Assembly (NCBI GenBank): GCA_030265395.1
Contig: JARFYF010000067.1
Coordinates: forward strand, 15,668,745 to 15,732,744
DNA length: 64,000 nt
Reading direction: 5' to 3'
Source: Rhina ancylostomus
Lineage: Eukaryota
Below the pieces are notes generated by a model, which had not been told where the DNA came from, ran no database searches, and saw only the letters and a list, made by a program, of their open reading frames with translations. Both the position numbers and the translations under genes were made by a program. Positions 23,776-37,603 of the stretch are shown one piece after another (the stretch's first letter is position 1; each line of letters opens with the position of its first letter).

Positions 23776-24193
23776 AGTGTACTGACACCATTATCCTGGT
23801 GTAGGTGCTTAGACAAACCTACCTGGCTGTTACTCAAATGTTGGCATTTCAGGTGTTTAAACAAAGTATTGTCCCCATACTAGTTTTACTGTCCATGCAA
23901 GAGTAAACTCATTACATTTCTGCACGGTCTAATAGCAAGCAGACCTTTCCTGAATTTAGGGCAGAAAGTACACAAAGCGGTGTTTAGAAGTTTAACTGAT
24001 GGAAAATGGCTGTTGATTATTAGAATTCACAATGGGCCCAAACTAGGCAGTAAAGTAAGTAGCTTGCATGTTTCAGATCAACATCAGTGAGGAACAAAGT
24101 TGGTTAAGAACCAAGTCTTCTGATCCAATATCTGCCCATAGTACTTCATGAAATTCCTCCTGTATTAATTTCAAGGCTTGTTTGTTGTCATAC

Positions 24194-24322
24194 CTCATGC
24201 AAATGAATCATTTCAGCCTCCAGTTGCTTCAGTTTTTTCTCAGTTTCTTTAGACTGGGTCAGGATTTCCTCTCGAGAGTTGCGGGCATCATCCAGTTCAC
24301 GCTGGTAGTCTTTCAGCTGAGC
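24194..24322 (-). CDS. MYH9: Exon 35 equivalent, 129 nt
   Basis: cag|[43 protein letters not shown]|gtatg. Confidence 0.95.
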
Positions 24323-25518
24323 CTGCAGATGGCAAAGACAATAAGAATAAATGCTCCAATATTTGAGTGCGTGGGACAGATATGTAATACCACACTAGAT
24401 TATGACAGATTAGAGAGAGTGTTTGTGTTTAATCTCAGCATTCATAGAGCACAATATTCTTTGCAATTTAGTTGGCAACTGAGCAACATTGTGGTTTCTT
24501 GTATGCACATTGAGAATCACAAGACAGATGCCAGCACTTATGTGGGCGCCAGCACAGGGAGAATATAGAAAATGAACAGGAAAAGATCTAAAACAGTACC
24601 CTGTCGTTCAAGGGAGCAGGGCTGATGAAAGCAATACAACTCTTGCAGCAGCAGGAGTTCCTTAAAGCAGAAATATTACCACTTAGGAGTGGTTACGTTT
24701 TCTAGCCAGCATTACAGCAACGGGCTAACTTTCTGTACAACATGGACATTTTAGAGGGCATGACATTAAACATATACCTTAAGTAAAATCATTATTGTCA
24801 CTTTTGGAGCTCACCAGCACCAATAAATGGCAAGATGTCAAAAGCAATGATAATTTGCCAATAAAAGTTTCAGGTGAGATCTTCCCAAGCCTCATTATCT
24901 CTAAATATAGACCCCACATTTTAATTAGCAATTCAATTAGCAGACATAACCGAGGCACTAATTCCTTTCTATTAAACAGAAAGCAGCTGGGTTTTGTCTG
25001 ATTGAAGTAGAACTTGATAAATAGCACAATATATGATCTCTGCAGGCTATGTCTAAGTGTTCAGAAAGTATTCAGTGCCTGATTTGGGTACAGTCATTTT
25101 TAACTAAATTAGCTGGATTTTAAAACTGAAGCTGATCCAAGTATCACTATCCCTGATTCAATGATCAATCAAATCAGTCTCCAATCTAATTATGTAGTGT
25201 ACAAATTATCAGTGATGTATTAATTCAAACCTACACTGCATTCTAAATACATCTAAATGATGGATGTTGTCAGACATTGCTACATTAGATCAAGTTTGAA
25301 TCAGCACTTGTGATGTTTACACTTGAAGCACAGCTGTAGGAAATGGAATAAAGCTGGATGTGGTCTCATCTTAAATGAGAAGCTAGTATTATGTTTTATC
25401 TAAAATTGCTCTTGGGCTACTGAACTTGCTTCAAATGTTCCACAAACATCAGTAAACTGGCCTTAGGGACTTGCTTTGAGCGCTTTATCCTATCCCCGTA
25501 ATAATTGTTATTGCTCAC

Positions 25519-25680
25519 CTGCAGTTTGCGAAGCTGTTTTATGGCTTCATCACGGCCCTTGTTTGAAGCTTCGATTTGTCCCTCCAAATCCTTGAAATCC
25601 ATCTCCAACTTCTTCTTAGCAGTAACAGCCACGGACCGTTGCTTTCGCTCATCTTCCAGCTCTGCCTCCATTTCACGCAC
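25519..25680 (-). CDS. MYH9: Exon 34 equivalent, 162 nt
   Basis: cag|[54 protein letters not shown]|gtgag. Confidence 0.96.
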
Positions 25681-26148
25681 CTGAAACATGGAAAATGTTG
25701 CTATTTAGATAACAAAAAGGTGTGCTGCAGCCAAACTCGAGTAGGGTTTTTTCTAAAGACAGAAAATTTCTCAAAATAACCAGGAAGAGGGGCCAGTTGG
25801 CTCAACAAGCCTGACATTTGAGATAGATCCCAACTATACAGCATACCCAATCACTTTTCTTTGCAGGTCTAATTGTGTTGCTGTTTCAATTGCCTTCCCT
25901 GACTGCTTACTCAAGGATATAACAGAGTTACCTAACCTTTTCGTCAACCACCGTGATATTTGACAAGAGTTATGTATTTGAACCATTACAGCAAAGCTTG
26001 GATCAGCTTTCTGAACGTTCTTCACAATCTTGTAAACTCAAGTCTCCTTAGCCCTGTTCCTTCCAGCAAAGCAAACCAATTCAACACCCTTTGCTAATAA
26101 CTTGCATTCATGATGTTCTCTCCATAACACTGGTAAAACCATACTTGC

Positions 26149-26361
26149 CTGCTTAATCAGTTGTCTCCTCTTTTCCTCACTCTGTTCATCCTTGCCCAGC
26201 AGGTCCCGATCAAACTGAGCTTTCATGGCTTGCAGATTTACTTCCAGACGTAGCTTAGCATCTTCAGTGGCCTGGAGCTCATCCTCCAGCTCTTCCAACT
26301 GAGTCTTCATCTCTTCCAGCTGCTGCTCCAGAGCACGTTTTGACTTTTCCAACTCATGCAC
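26149..26361 (-). CDS. MYH9: Exon 33 equivalent, 213 nt, GC donor
   Basis: cag|[50 protein letters not shown]...RRQLIKQ|gcaagt. Confidence 0.95.
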
Positions 26362-26963
26362 CTGCACACAAGTAGATAGAATATCAGCTAGAGCCGATCA
26401 GCAACACTTGTGTCCTTTGACCAGACTGATACATGAATTATCAGGAAAATTGACTCCACTGCAAAGAAGCAACAGCTGAAAAATAATACTGTGATCAATA
26501 TTCTAGCAAAGAATTGAAGAAAACCACAATTTCCCCCCTCCCCAAAGTTGGTAGAGAATTAACACACAGAATTTTTATACAAAATATTAAAAGTTGCATT
26601 ACATATTCAAAATGTTGATGAGAGCTTTGAGTAGTTGGTAAGTAAAAATAGCACTAAGTCATATGGAAACCAGAAGCCTTCAGAATTAATTTTAGGTTTG
26701 GACTAAACAAATAGATCCTGGTAGCAGCAATTGAAGCGCCACTGATTAGCAAGCAATGCAAGGCTACAGGAGTGCTGACCTTCATCCTTGTCCAGTGATC
26801 TCTGGCAGAAATTATGCATGATTATATGCAGGATGATCAGGTTTGCCTGTGAAGTCTTGATTAATAAACTGCCTGAAGTATTGGAGGTCTGTTGACCTGC
26901 ATCCACAAAAACTGGGTAACAGTACAGGACAGTTGCAATTTACTACACAGGTCCTCTACTTAC

Positions 26964-27176
26964 ACTCTTTCCTGCATCATCCTTGGAGCTGACGAGGTCT
27001 TCCATCTCTGCACGCAGCAGCTTGTTCAGTTTCTCCATCTCTTCCTTATGTTCCATTGCCTCCTCCAGGGCACGGGTCAGTGCCAGGGTCTTGGTCTCCT
27101 TCTCGCGTGCTTCAGCCTGTGCACGATCCCGCTCCTCTGAGTTTTTTAAGGAGATGTTCTTTTCCTCAGCCAGCAG
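26964..27176 (-). CDS. MYH9: Exon 32 equivalent, 213 nt
   Basis: cag|[33 protein letters not shown]...[13 protein letters not shown]|gtaagt. Confidence 0.96.
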
Positions 27177-27780
27177 CTGAAACAGTGGAAAAAAAATGAC
27201 CCATTTACCACTGATTTCACTAAAGCTCTCAAAGAATAATTGCAGTGCTCGGACTATTCATGTAACACCTTAGTGAATATTTTTGGGTTAACCCAAATAC
27301 GAACAAAATTTCAAGACTAGGCTAACAAAGCATATTGACTGTAACTCACCAGTTCTCAGCTATTATTACATTAAGGCTCACCCAACCCATTAAGCCTCTA
27401 ATATGCAGTCAATTTTTATTATTTTCTAGTATTTATGTCACAGGATGGCAAATCTTCCATTAAAATGTCACATTTTCACGTTGCCCTTTGTGTTAGCCAA
27501 AACAAGCAACATCAGAATTGTGTTTTTGGTAGGCATTATTGCTGACAGATAACATTAGAAATTGGAGTAGATTTAAGAAATCTGACATTGCCAAGTTTCA
27601 AAACAAAAGCATTCCAATTTATTCAATCTAACTTACTGAACTAGTCCCATTTTAGTCTCTCAAAATCTGAACTAATTATTTTTGAAACCTCCATTTTCTC
27701 TTTAACCACTTAACATTTTCGAAAAGATAGGCACTGAATGGTTTTTAAGTCAATTGATGTGCTCGGGATCTCTCACTCAC

Positions 27781-28029
27781 CTGATCAAATTTCTTTTGTT
27801 TCTTTTCAAGATTGGAAACAATCTGCCTTTGGTGGTCCAGGCCCACAACCACATCATCCAGCTCCTGCTGCAGACGGTTCTTGGTCTTTTCCAGTTTATC
27901 ATAAGCTGATGTTTTCTCTTCATAGCGCTGAGTTAAGAGCTCCATGTCTTTCTGTAGCTTCTTCTTACCCTCCTCTGCAAGTTCCAGTGATGCACAGCTA
28001 TCATCCTGACGCTTCTTTGATTCAGCCAA
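27781..28029 (-). CDS. MYH9: Exon 31 equivalent, 249 nt
   Basis: tag|[28 protein letters not shown]...[10 protein letters not shown]|gtgagt. Confidence 0.96.
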
Positions 28030-28671
28030 CTAGAATTGTATTATTTAAAAGTCAATGAAAAGTCACATTCAGCATACTTACTCTGCATGCACAGATTATT
28101 GTAGCGTTTGACAATAACTCAACACAATAGTTTGGTGTTGAGTGTGGCAATTCAAACCATATTGGATGTACATAACCAAGTTGGGTGACAAAAGCTGTAT
28201 TGGTGAAAGGGAACCAGTCTTAATGCAGAATAGTTAGATATAGATCTAACTGCCAAAAAAAGCAACTAGCGAGCAAATACAAAGTTGGGGGTGCAGGAAT
28301 TTTGTTAATTATGTTAACAAATGCAAGTGTTGAGTTTTGACTTTTCCTTTATCCACGGAGCTCAATTTTGCCAAAAAACAGATTTATCAATTTTTCACAA
28401 TGTGGCTTGCTGGCAAGACCAGCATTAAGGCCCATTCTTAAATACCAATAAAAATGTTGTGGTGTTCAAATTGGAGGGGATGTTGTAAATAGTCCCATGT
28501 GCCCTCTGCTCTTGGCCCTGGTGGCAGAGTATGCAGGCTTGGGAGGTGCAGTCGGAGTCGCAGAGTCTAGCAATTTACAGACTGTACAGTCTGCAGTCAC
28601 ATTATGGCACTGGAGGAAATGGATCATCAGGTGGGAGATAATGAGCCAAATGGGCTGCTTTTTCCTGGATA

Positions 28672-29160
28672 GTCAAAGTCGAATTTATTGTCATATGCAC
28701 AAGTACATGTACGGACGGGTGCGATGAAAAGCTTACTTGCAGCAGCATCACAGGCACATATCACATAAGCAGCATTCACAGGAAAAACAAATTAAACATA
28801 AATTATACACAATTTTACAAGAAAGAACACAATTAGAACAAAAAAGTCCAATTTAGTGCAAAGTGATCATGGTTTTGCTAAACTGTAGTGATTATGGTTG
28901 TGTCGGTTGGTTCAAGAACTGAACAGTTGAAGGGAAGCAGCTGTTCTTGAACCTGGAGGTGTGGGACTTCAGGCTTCTGTACCCCCTGCCGAATGGTAGC
29001 TGGGAGAAGACGACACGGCCCGGATGGTGGGGATCTTTGACAATGAACGTTGCCTTCTTGAGGCGGTGCCTCCTGTAGATACTACTGATGGTGGGGAGGG
29101 ATGTAGCCCTGATGTATTGGGCTGAATCCATTACTCTCTGCAGCCTATTTACATTCCTTA
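28672..29160 (-). mobile_element. Rex1/Babar-like LINE 3' fragment nested in an older LINE remnant
   Basis: ORF SLPTISSIYRRHRLKKATFIVKDPHHPGRVVFSQLPFGRGYRSLKSHTSRFKNSCFP. Confidence 0.75.
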
Positions 29161-30479
29161 GTAGTCAAATAGTGTCAGACTTCTCCATGTTGTTGCAACT
29201 GTACTCATCCAGACAAATGGGGAGTATTCCTTCACAATCCTGATCAGTGCCTTGCAGACAGTGGAAAGTTTGAGATGCATGGAGGCGAATCACTTGCTGT
29301 ATGATACTAGTCTTGCAACCACAGTTTCTGTGGCTAGTCTAGTTGAGTTTCTATCCAAACTGACCCCCGGATGCTGATGTGAGGGACCTCAGTGATGGCA
29401 CTGCCATTGAACACCTGTGGGGTATCTGGTCAAGTCCTGGTTTCAGTCCTACTCAGGCCCCCTTAACTCTTTTTCCAGTACAAAGACAATTGTATGGGTG
29501 CTACTTCATGCACATGCAGAACTTGAGAACTGTATTGCCATGGCTGCTAATTTCCACATGGCAACAGGTTAGCAGCCAATATCCATTATGAGCCCAGAAA
29601 CTCTTAGCTATCTCAACTATACTTTAACCCACCCAGTCTTCTGTATGGACTCCATTCCATCGCTTTTGTCTCTGCTGTCTCATTCTGCACAGATGCATTT
29701 GAAATGTCAATATTCTTAAACTGCAGCTTCCCCTCTAACCAACTCATCTACTTCCTGCACCTCTGCTCTCTTCTCACCACCCACGGAGACAGACAGCCTT
29801 TCCAAGTGAAACATTAATTTACTTGGTCAGCATGGATGAGTTGAGCCGAAGGGCTCATTTCCAAGGTGTGTAACTCTATGACTTGCACTTATTGCAATCT
29901 AGCATAATCAGGGCTCACAATGTGGTCTCTCTTATGCACAATATACTCCCTTTATCCTATCCATCTTCTCTGCAAACTTAAAATACCTAAAGCTAACTAA
30001 CCTGAAGAGGCAGAGCTCTCAGTAGCTTTATAAAGGTACCTACACAAGAGTGATGTAAACTACTCTACAGATTAGGATCCAAAATCTTGGACTAAACTTG
30101 ATCACACTTCTTTAGCTGGATGGGAGCTGATGAGTCGAATGGCCTTGGTCTGTTTTCCCTACATTTTTTAAAAAATACAAGCGTACCCAGACAATTTCTT
30201 TGGAAACAAAATATTCTGCAGATGTTGGAATCTAGATGCTGTGTTGTTCCAGACAATTTCTGATCTTCTCTACAAAAGATCAATTATATAAATTATTGCA
30301 GACTGGAGGACTTATACAATGTTCACGGTTGCAGTGATGATTTGTGGAATTTAAAAAACTTATGGAAAAGTCAGTAGACCTTAAGGCTGCTTATACTTCT
30401 GTCCATCTGTCAAGGCTGTCATTGGGAGGCTTTGCATCATGAAAGAGCACTATGAAGAGAACATATGAAGACATTTTAC

Positions 30480-30632
30480 CTGAATCTGGAGGACAGAAAT
30501 TTGTTTCTCCAAGTTTCTCTTTGCTTCCTCCTCCTCTTCCAACTGCTCATGAAGCCGATTATTCTCCTCTTCTGTGTGTCTCAGTTTGGTGCCAAATGCC
30601 AACTTCTGGCGAGTCTCTTCTTGAAGGAGTTC
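30480..30632 (-). CDS. MYH9: Exon 30 equivalent, 153 nt
   Basis: cag|[51 protein letters not shown]|gtaaa. Confidence 0.95.
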
Positions 30633-32279
30633 CTGTACAAGGAATGAGAAAATAGATGTGCAACTTGTGTGATGTGGGACAAAAATAGTTCATGATAATG
30701 GATAAGCTGGAACCTGAAACTCTCCCATTTCTCCATGAGAGAAGCATCAGAAAAGTCAAAATCTGATATCCATTTTGTGATGTGCGGCCACAAATTTGTA
30801 AATTAGGCTCTCCAAACACCCATTAATTGAATTTTCAGAAAGGTTTCTTTTTGCTATTTGAATCCCCATTACATTCACCATCTCCTTTCAACTAACCTTA
30901 TTTCCAACAATATTTCCCCCCTATTCTGCATCATCGTATTTCTGTCAACTCCAGCCAAATACTCTTTCGCCTCATTTCTCTCACATAGTCACATAATGTT
31001 TAAGTGATAAAAAACAGGAGGAATTAACATTTTTGTTTAGGTTGGTAAGCTTTTACTCAAGATCAGGACTGGGATTTCAGCTTCGTACAAACTAAGTTAA
31101 TGACATAGATGAAAAGGAATGCAATGTACTCAGCCTACTGATGTATTAGCTGTTGCAAGCTGTGAGGATGGTGCTGAGGGACCTAGGCAGGTTATATACA
31201 AGAATGTCAAGTTATTCTCTTTAATAGGAAGGATAATAAAAAAGACTCTTCCCCCTTCCCTCTCTCCCCGAAACCCTAATGAAGAGCAATTAATAAACAT
31301 TGGACATAGAAGGTTCTGGATGCACTGGAATATGAAATGGAGGAAGTTGACATATGGACAAAGCAAACATTTAGGAAGGCAAATGGTATGCTGGCCTTCA
31401 TTGCTAATACATCTATGAGTTTTAATGAAATAGAATAATTGAGTTTCCTTTTACTCACTTGCCCTACAAACTATACCAGTCTAAGTATTTTTCTATTTCT
31501 CAACTCCCTCAATATTCTTTGGATATTAAGGGATATGGGTTAGTACAGAAAAGTGGTGCTGAGTAATAGATCATAGATCAATAATTGAGTAACAGATCAG
31601 TGGCACAGCAGGCACACGGGCCTAAATAGCCAGCTACTGGTTCTATTTATCATGTCATTACAAACTTGATTTTTGAAAGTATCTAATTATCCTTCTGATA
31701 ATAATTAAAAATCAGCTTACTTAAAAACGTGCAAACATCATTGAAAAAGGTTTTTTTTAAGATCATTAGCATCTCACTTAGAAATTACTTCAAATCTCAG
31801 GTTATTGAAACAACTGTCAAAAAGAAGAACATTTTTGGGATGTGTACATCACCCAGACATTTAATAATCTATTCCTAACTGCACCTTGAAATTACTGCTT
31901 GCTAGGCCATCTTAGAGGGTGGTTAAATGGCAACTCTACTGGTGGATCTGAAGTCACATACAAGTCAGACTGTAAATAAGGACATTAGTGAACCAAGATT
32001 GTTTACACAGTCACGTTACAGAGTGCCTGATATCCAAGTTGGGATTTGAAAATTAATTGCCAAGATGTCTCTATGTTCGTCCAGTAACAAATATCACCCT
32101 ATATTTCTTGAATAGGAATAAAATAATGAATAAGTTCTCAGTAAACAACATGCATTCCAATTTATCATGGATTAAGTAGTTTCAGTAATGGAGCTCTTAT
32201 TTTAAATTAAATGCCTCAGATTTGTAATTTAGGAAAAAGGGTATCTTTAAAAACAAAATCCGTTCTAAATTTTACATAC

Positions 32280-32384
32280 CTGAGTGTCCTGTAGGTGGGA
32301 TTCCACTGTGCTGTGGTCCTTGGTCAGTTTAATGACCTTGCTTTCTGCTTGGTTCATGAGGGTAGTAACATTGTCTAATTCACT
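32280..32384 (-). CDS. MYH9: Exon 29 equivalent, 105 nt
   Basis: cag|[35 protein letters not shown]|gtatg. Confidence 0.95.
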
Positions 32385-32753
32385 CTGCACAAAAAAATAA
32401 GAAACTTTTCAGTTACCAGGGCTAGGGTACTCCATAGCAGCAAGTCCCACCACCCCATTGAATGAAGACATTGTTCCCTTTTTGGTCACTTCCAGACTGG
32501 CAGTGTCACCCAAACCTAAATGCAAAAAGTTTGTTTTCCACCCCCAAAACAAGGTCCCTATTGAAAACTTCAAAAATATGTTCAATTGTTTAAGACTAGG
32601 AATAGCTACAATACACAAATAATAAACTAGAAATTACTCTATTATAGCTTCCTGATAACTCAATGAGTTGGTGCTTGCATGTGATGACATGGCTTTGAAT
32701 TGCATACGAGAGCATCTCAAAGACTGAGAGCAGCATCTAGCTTGTGATTTTAC

Positions 32754-32960
32754 CTGAAGCTTGCCGATTTTTTCATTGAGCTCAATTCGAGTTCGATCTC
32801 CATCTGTAGTTTTAACCTGCAGCTCCTGCAACATTGACTCCAGTTTTTTGCGCTTGTGCTCGGAATCTGCCTTGGCCTGCATCAGGCTCTTCACTTCAGC
32901 ACTCAATTCATTGCGTTCATTCTCCAGGACTTGTTTAGCCTTCTCCACTCCAGATTTGAA
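32754..32960 (-). CDS. MYH9: Exon 28 equivalent, 207 nt
   Basis: tag|[50 protein letters not shown]...KIGKLQ|gtaaa. Confidence 0.96.
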
Positions 32961-33864
32961 CTATAGGAAGAACAGTTTCAGTCAATTCAGGGTGTTAGAA
33001 CCCAGTCCACAGCAACTTAATGTTACAACATCTATTCCTTCTAGACAAATGTTAAATGACAGTGTTCATGTTTTCAGCAATAAGATTATCTACAAGTCTG
33101 TCAAAAAGCATAGGAAATTCACATGCCAAATCCTTTATCATCTACTTTTAGAACTGTGCAGTTTCAGTCACTATACAATAGAAATATAAACCTCTTAAAT
33201 TTTCTCCAGTTTGAGGATGGTATCATAACAGAGCTTACAGTCACCAGGAAAGATTTAATAGGTTGGAACCAGGAAAAAGATAGACCATGAGATATCATTC
33301 ACAATTACAAATAGGTTCAAAATGATAGATGTGGAGGGAATGCTTGCACTTCAATAAAAATTCAAAAGCAGTGGTCAGAAAAATTAATAAAAAGTCTATA
33401 AAAAGAGAACTTTCCATAGTCAGCAGTTAGATAGCAGAATTATCTACCTGAGAAGTGGCCTAAATATTTCAAGAAACTGGATGTGTACAGGGGAGGAAAA
33501 GGGGAAGATATGCTGAAAGAGGATACATGGAATGCAAGGAAAAATTGAAGTTCAGCAATTAGGTTATAAAAATAACTCACTGGCATATTCAAGTCTTCAA
33601 AGTACTCTCAAATATACTTATGTTTCCAGTTTTTAAGTGGATATTTTATGACTAATTACAAGACAGTATTGTGTTTTGTTTAAAATACTTGGTAAATGGG
33701 AAAGGGGCAGAAGGGGTGCTGGGGAGAACTTTGAAGATCATTGCTGAAAACACAAGTCACTGTCATTTTCAAAAAACGAAATAGCAAATTCAAAATATAC
33801 TTAGTTTTTCCTGTCAGAAAACACATTCAATTTTTGTCTTAATTGGTAACTTACTTTCAGCCTT

Positions 33865-34010
33865 GACATCCTGATGCAGGGTTTCAACCCACTAAACGTT
33901 GACAATTCCTCCCTCTCCTCCACCCACCCTACAGGCGCTGCTCGACCTGCTGGGTTCCTCCAGCAGATTGTTTGTTGCTCCAGATTTAACCATCTGCAGT
34001 TTCTGGTGTC
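33865..34010 (+). mobile_element. Penelope-like terminus with a degenerate hammerhead core
   Basis: CTGATGC-A-GGGTT-TC-AACCC-ACTAAACGTT followed by gcgctgctcgacctgctgggttcctccagcag. Confidence 0.5.
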
Positions 34011-34170
34011 ATGAATTTTTGAAGATTGATTTGAGTTGGTGTCAGCAGGAAGATGAAGGTAGCATGTGCTGTTTGCAAATTCATTTATCTTTCTCCCCCC
34101 ACCCAGCCCCCCACTCCCCTTTATTGCAGGTTCATTAGCTTTACTCTCTACGCCAGAGAAAATAATGTAC

Positions 34171-34315
34171 CCGTTTTGTCTGCTCCAGCTGCTCAGATAG
34201 ATCCTCCATAATCTGGGAATGTTTCTGCCTCATTTCTTGAATCTGCACTTCATGGGTTTTAGCTTCATCTTCCAGAGCTCTCTTCATCTGGCTCACCTCT
34301 TGCTCACGCTTTGCT
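34171..34315 (-). CDS. MYH9: Exon 27 equivalent, 145 nt
   Basis: aag|[48 protein letters not shown]|gtac. Confidence 0.95.
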
Positions 34316-35187
34316 CTTTAAAAATTTTAAGAGAGAGAACAGAAGCTTAACATCCAAATGCAGTAGTCACATCAAACTTTTATCCAGTTCGTAGCATTGA
34401 AAGAGACACCAAATTTTATTACTCAAATTACCTTAAAAAAGGTTACTAGTTATAACTATTTTCAGCCTTGACTTTTACCAAGATCATTAAGCCTCAATGC
34501 TGAACCTAGGCACATGACCTAGACTAACAGTTTAGTGCTATACCAAGGGAGCACCACATTTTTGGGGTTGCCAACAGGCTCAGTCCACCTGATGAACATG
34601 AAAAGATCTCCAGGCACCATTCGAAAGGCAGGCAAGATCACCTGGTGTTCTGGTCAGTGTTTTGCCCTCAGCTGATAGAGATAAATTAATATCAATGATG
34701 GAAAAAGCACCAAGGGCAAATTGGTTGCTGGGATTACCTATAACACTGATTTCATTTAAAATGGTCAGCTCTGAAATACAAATATCCTAAGGATTCAAAG
34801 AACTGCAAAAATACTAGTTTACTTTCCTTTAGTTACAACTCAAGGTAGCAATATTAACTAGTCCAAAGAATTCCAAAATATTTTGGGGGTTTTGTAATGC
34901 ACATTTACAATAATTTAAAAGATACCTGATAATCAAACTTTCAACCTGGCAATCAGTGCTTGCTAAGTTTGAGAATACCCAAAGATATTAATGCATTTGT
35001 CACCAATATCAGTGTACTCTTCATCCCCACAAAACATCTGAAACATCATCTAACAATACGAAAATAGCCACTATCTCATAAGTGAATTTCCAAAAGGAAC
35101 CCAAGTAACAATACTAGCAGAGGCTACAACTTGAAGTTTGATGTGCATCAATCCTTGCTAATATACTCATTCCCTTTCTGTAATTAC

Positions 35188-35400
35188 CTGAGTTCCTGCT
35201 GGGCAGCTGTTGAATCAAGAGTATCTTCCAGCTCTGTTTTCAAAGCTTCCAGCTCTTCACCAAGATCTCTCTTCTGTTTATCAGCTTTACTTCTGGCTGC
35301 CTTCTCAGATTCTAGATCCTCTTGCAGCTCACTAATATGAGATTCCAGCTCACGGATTTTCTTCAGGGCTGCATTCTTGTATGTAGCTTCTTCTTCCATT
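35188..35400 (-). CDS. MYH9: Exon 26 equivalent, 213 nt
   Basis: aag|[33 protein letters not shown]...[12 protein letters not shown](R)|gtaat. Confidence 0.96.
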
Positions 35401-35665
35401 CTTTAGCACACAAAGAGTCCAGGTAAACAAAAAAAAGAGAAAAAAAAAATCACATTTCAGATGCTTGCTGGGTTGATCAGCACCAGTTGCAAATTATTTT
35501 GCCTTGAATACATAATCACCTAGAAAGCCAAATTGAAATACTGAAAAATTAAGTATCAAAAAGACGAGTCTCCAGTGAACAAAAAGACCAATACAAAGAC
35601 AAGGAACATAAGATATTTAAGAACAAGAAGTTTTTCCTCCACTACACTCTTACTACAATTTTTAC

Positions 35666-35837
35666 CTGGCCAGTGCAGCCTGAAGTTCCTCCTCTTTCTT
35701 GGCCAGCTGTGCTTTAAGCTCTGCAATCTGTTGTTGTAGCTCAGCAATCTGGTCATGCAAATCTGATGAATCTCCCTCCAATTTACGACGATTCTTCTCC
35801 AATTCCTGTCGCTGTTTCTCCTCCCTCCTCAGGCGGT
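35666..35837 (-). CDS. MYH9: Exon 25 equivalent, 172 nt
   Basis: cag|(D)[56 protein letters not shown](R)|gtaaa. Confidence 0.96.
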
Positions 35838-36349
35838 CTGTCAGGAAACAAGAATTACGGTAATGTCAAATTGCAGTTTATAGACCCAGAAGACCCACAC
35901 TGAAGCCTCAAATCCTGGCCACTGGATACAGGCAATTTGAAAAATTTTTCCAGTGGACCATTTATGGTCTAGTGAACCACCTAAAGGCAAAACCCAATAC
36001 ATCAAGTTGATCCACAATACAGTCTTTCTATCTACAAACCTTCCCTTTCAAAAATGGTGAAAAGTTTCTATAGACTATTCTACTCTCAGGCTGCAAATGC
36101 ACATGATTCCTATATCGAAGGAACAGTTGAAATCGCTGTAACCATGCGGCTCAAACTCAATTTTTACAATTATAAGCTTTAAATTAGTTCTCAAGTTGTG
36201 CAGTTAGTTCCAGTCTATGGATAAATTGCCTAATAGTGTCCACCTTACTCTGATTCTATAACAGACATCTCCCACACAGAACCAGATTTGTCACTACTCC
36301 TAATCTTTGTCTTTTACAACTAAACACATGTTAAGATATATTTTCAGAG

Positions 36350-37080
36350 CAAAAGACTAGAAAGAATTAATGTTTAAGCACTGAAATCCGCTCATGGGCA
36401 CTGCAGTACCCCGAGAAGTAGGAACAATGAGTGACAATACACAAGTTATAAATTGCAAGAGTAGAGGGATGTTGTAGACATCTTTTAAAACAAAATGGTA
36501 AGACAAGCTGAGAGGTTCGTAAAGGTTATGAAATCCTGGGCTTCATAAACAGAGGTAGAGAACGCAAATGCAGGAGATTAGCAACTGGATTACTCCATCC
36601 AATTCTAGTCATCATACTCTAGAATGGATATTAGGGCTCTAAATGACAGTGTAAAAAGATTTACTAGAAAGGCTCCAGGACTGAAGGATTTGAACCAAGG
36701 TTAAACTAAAAGAGCTGGGATTATTCTCCTTAGAACAAAGATCGAGAGGAGATTTGTTATTGGTGTGCAAGGTTATGATGGGTTTAGTTTGAGTACAGGA
36801 AAGTTTTGCTCCATCAACTGATAGTTCAAGGACTAGGGAATAAAAGGGCAAAGGGTAGAGGTAGAAAAACCTTTTTGTTTTAAAATACAGACAGCAATGT
36901 TGGTGTGTAACTTATTGCTTTGTGGTGTAGGAGATAATTAGGATTTCAAAAAGGAATTAAATAAGCAGTTATGGAAAAAAATACAGGCCTTTAAGAACAG
37001 GGAAAACAGATAGAATAGATTGGTCTACTACAAACCAGCATGAACGTACTGTCTCTTGTTCTTTGGCAATTTTATGATTC
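36350..37080 (+). mobile_element. Decayed CR1-like LINE 3' part
   Basis: CR1 ORF2 C-terminal-like sequence (ctgggcttcataaacagagg..., gagctgggattattctccttagaacaaagatcgagagg). Confidence 0.55.
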
Positions 37081-37361
37081 AAGTGAAGCATACATATTCT
37101 ACATTAGGGAAACAAGTTTAAATCCCACTGTGGAGGCTTGAGAATTTGAATTCAATTAAAAAAAAAATCAGTTAAGGAGATTGAAACCATTATATTGTCA
37201 TAAAACATTGAATGAACAATTTAATGTCTTCATGGGAAGAAACCTCCAGTCCTTACCCAGTATGGCTTAAATGTGACTTTGGTCAAACTCCCACATGATC
37301 AACCCTCCAAAATGGTCTAGCAAATCATTCAAGTTGTAACAAACATTTAAATCAACTTCAC

Positions 37362-37485
37362 CTTCAAGATCCGAAATCATCGTTTCATGTTTAGCTTTGA
37401 GTTTGGACAGGCTTTTTGACTTTTCTTCTTCTTCAGCAAGGTTGGTAGTGAACTCTGCTATTCTTTCTTCCATAAGTTTCTTTTC
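37362..37485 (-). CDS. MYH9: Exon 24 equivalent, 124 nt
   Basis: tag|[41 protein letters not shown]|gtgaa. Confidence 0.96.
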
Positions 37486-37603
37486 CTACATTTGCACACG
37501 ATACAAGTAAACACATTGAGATAAAGAAATTCATTACTCAAGGTCTGAAAGGTTTCTTTTTAAAATATTCTGTACATCAAGACTTTTTGCATAGGATGTT
37601 AAC

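Noticed and set aside
24182-33189. Plus-strand ORFs antisense to coiled-coil exons (e.g. 24182-24568, 32761-33189)
   Set aside because: Ser/Leu/Phe-rich shadows of Glu/Lys/Gln-rich myosin rod codons, not independent genes.
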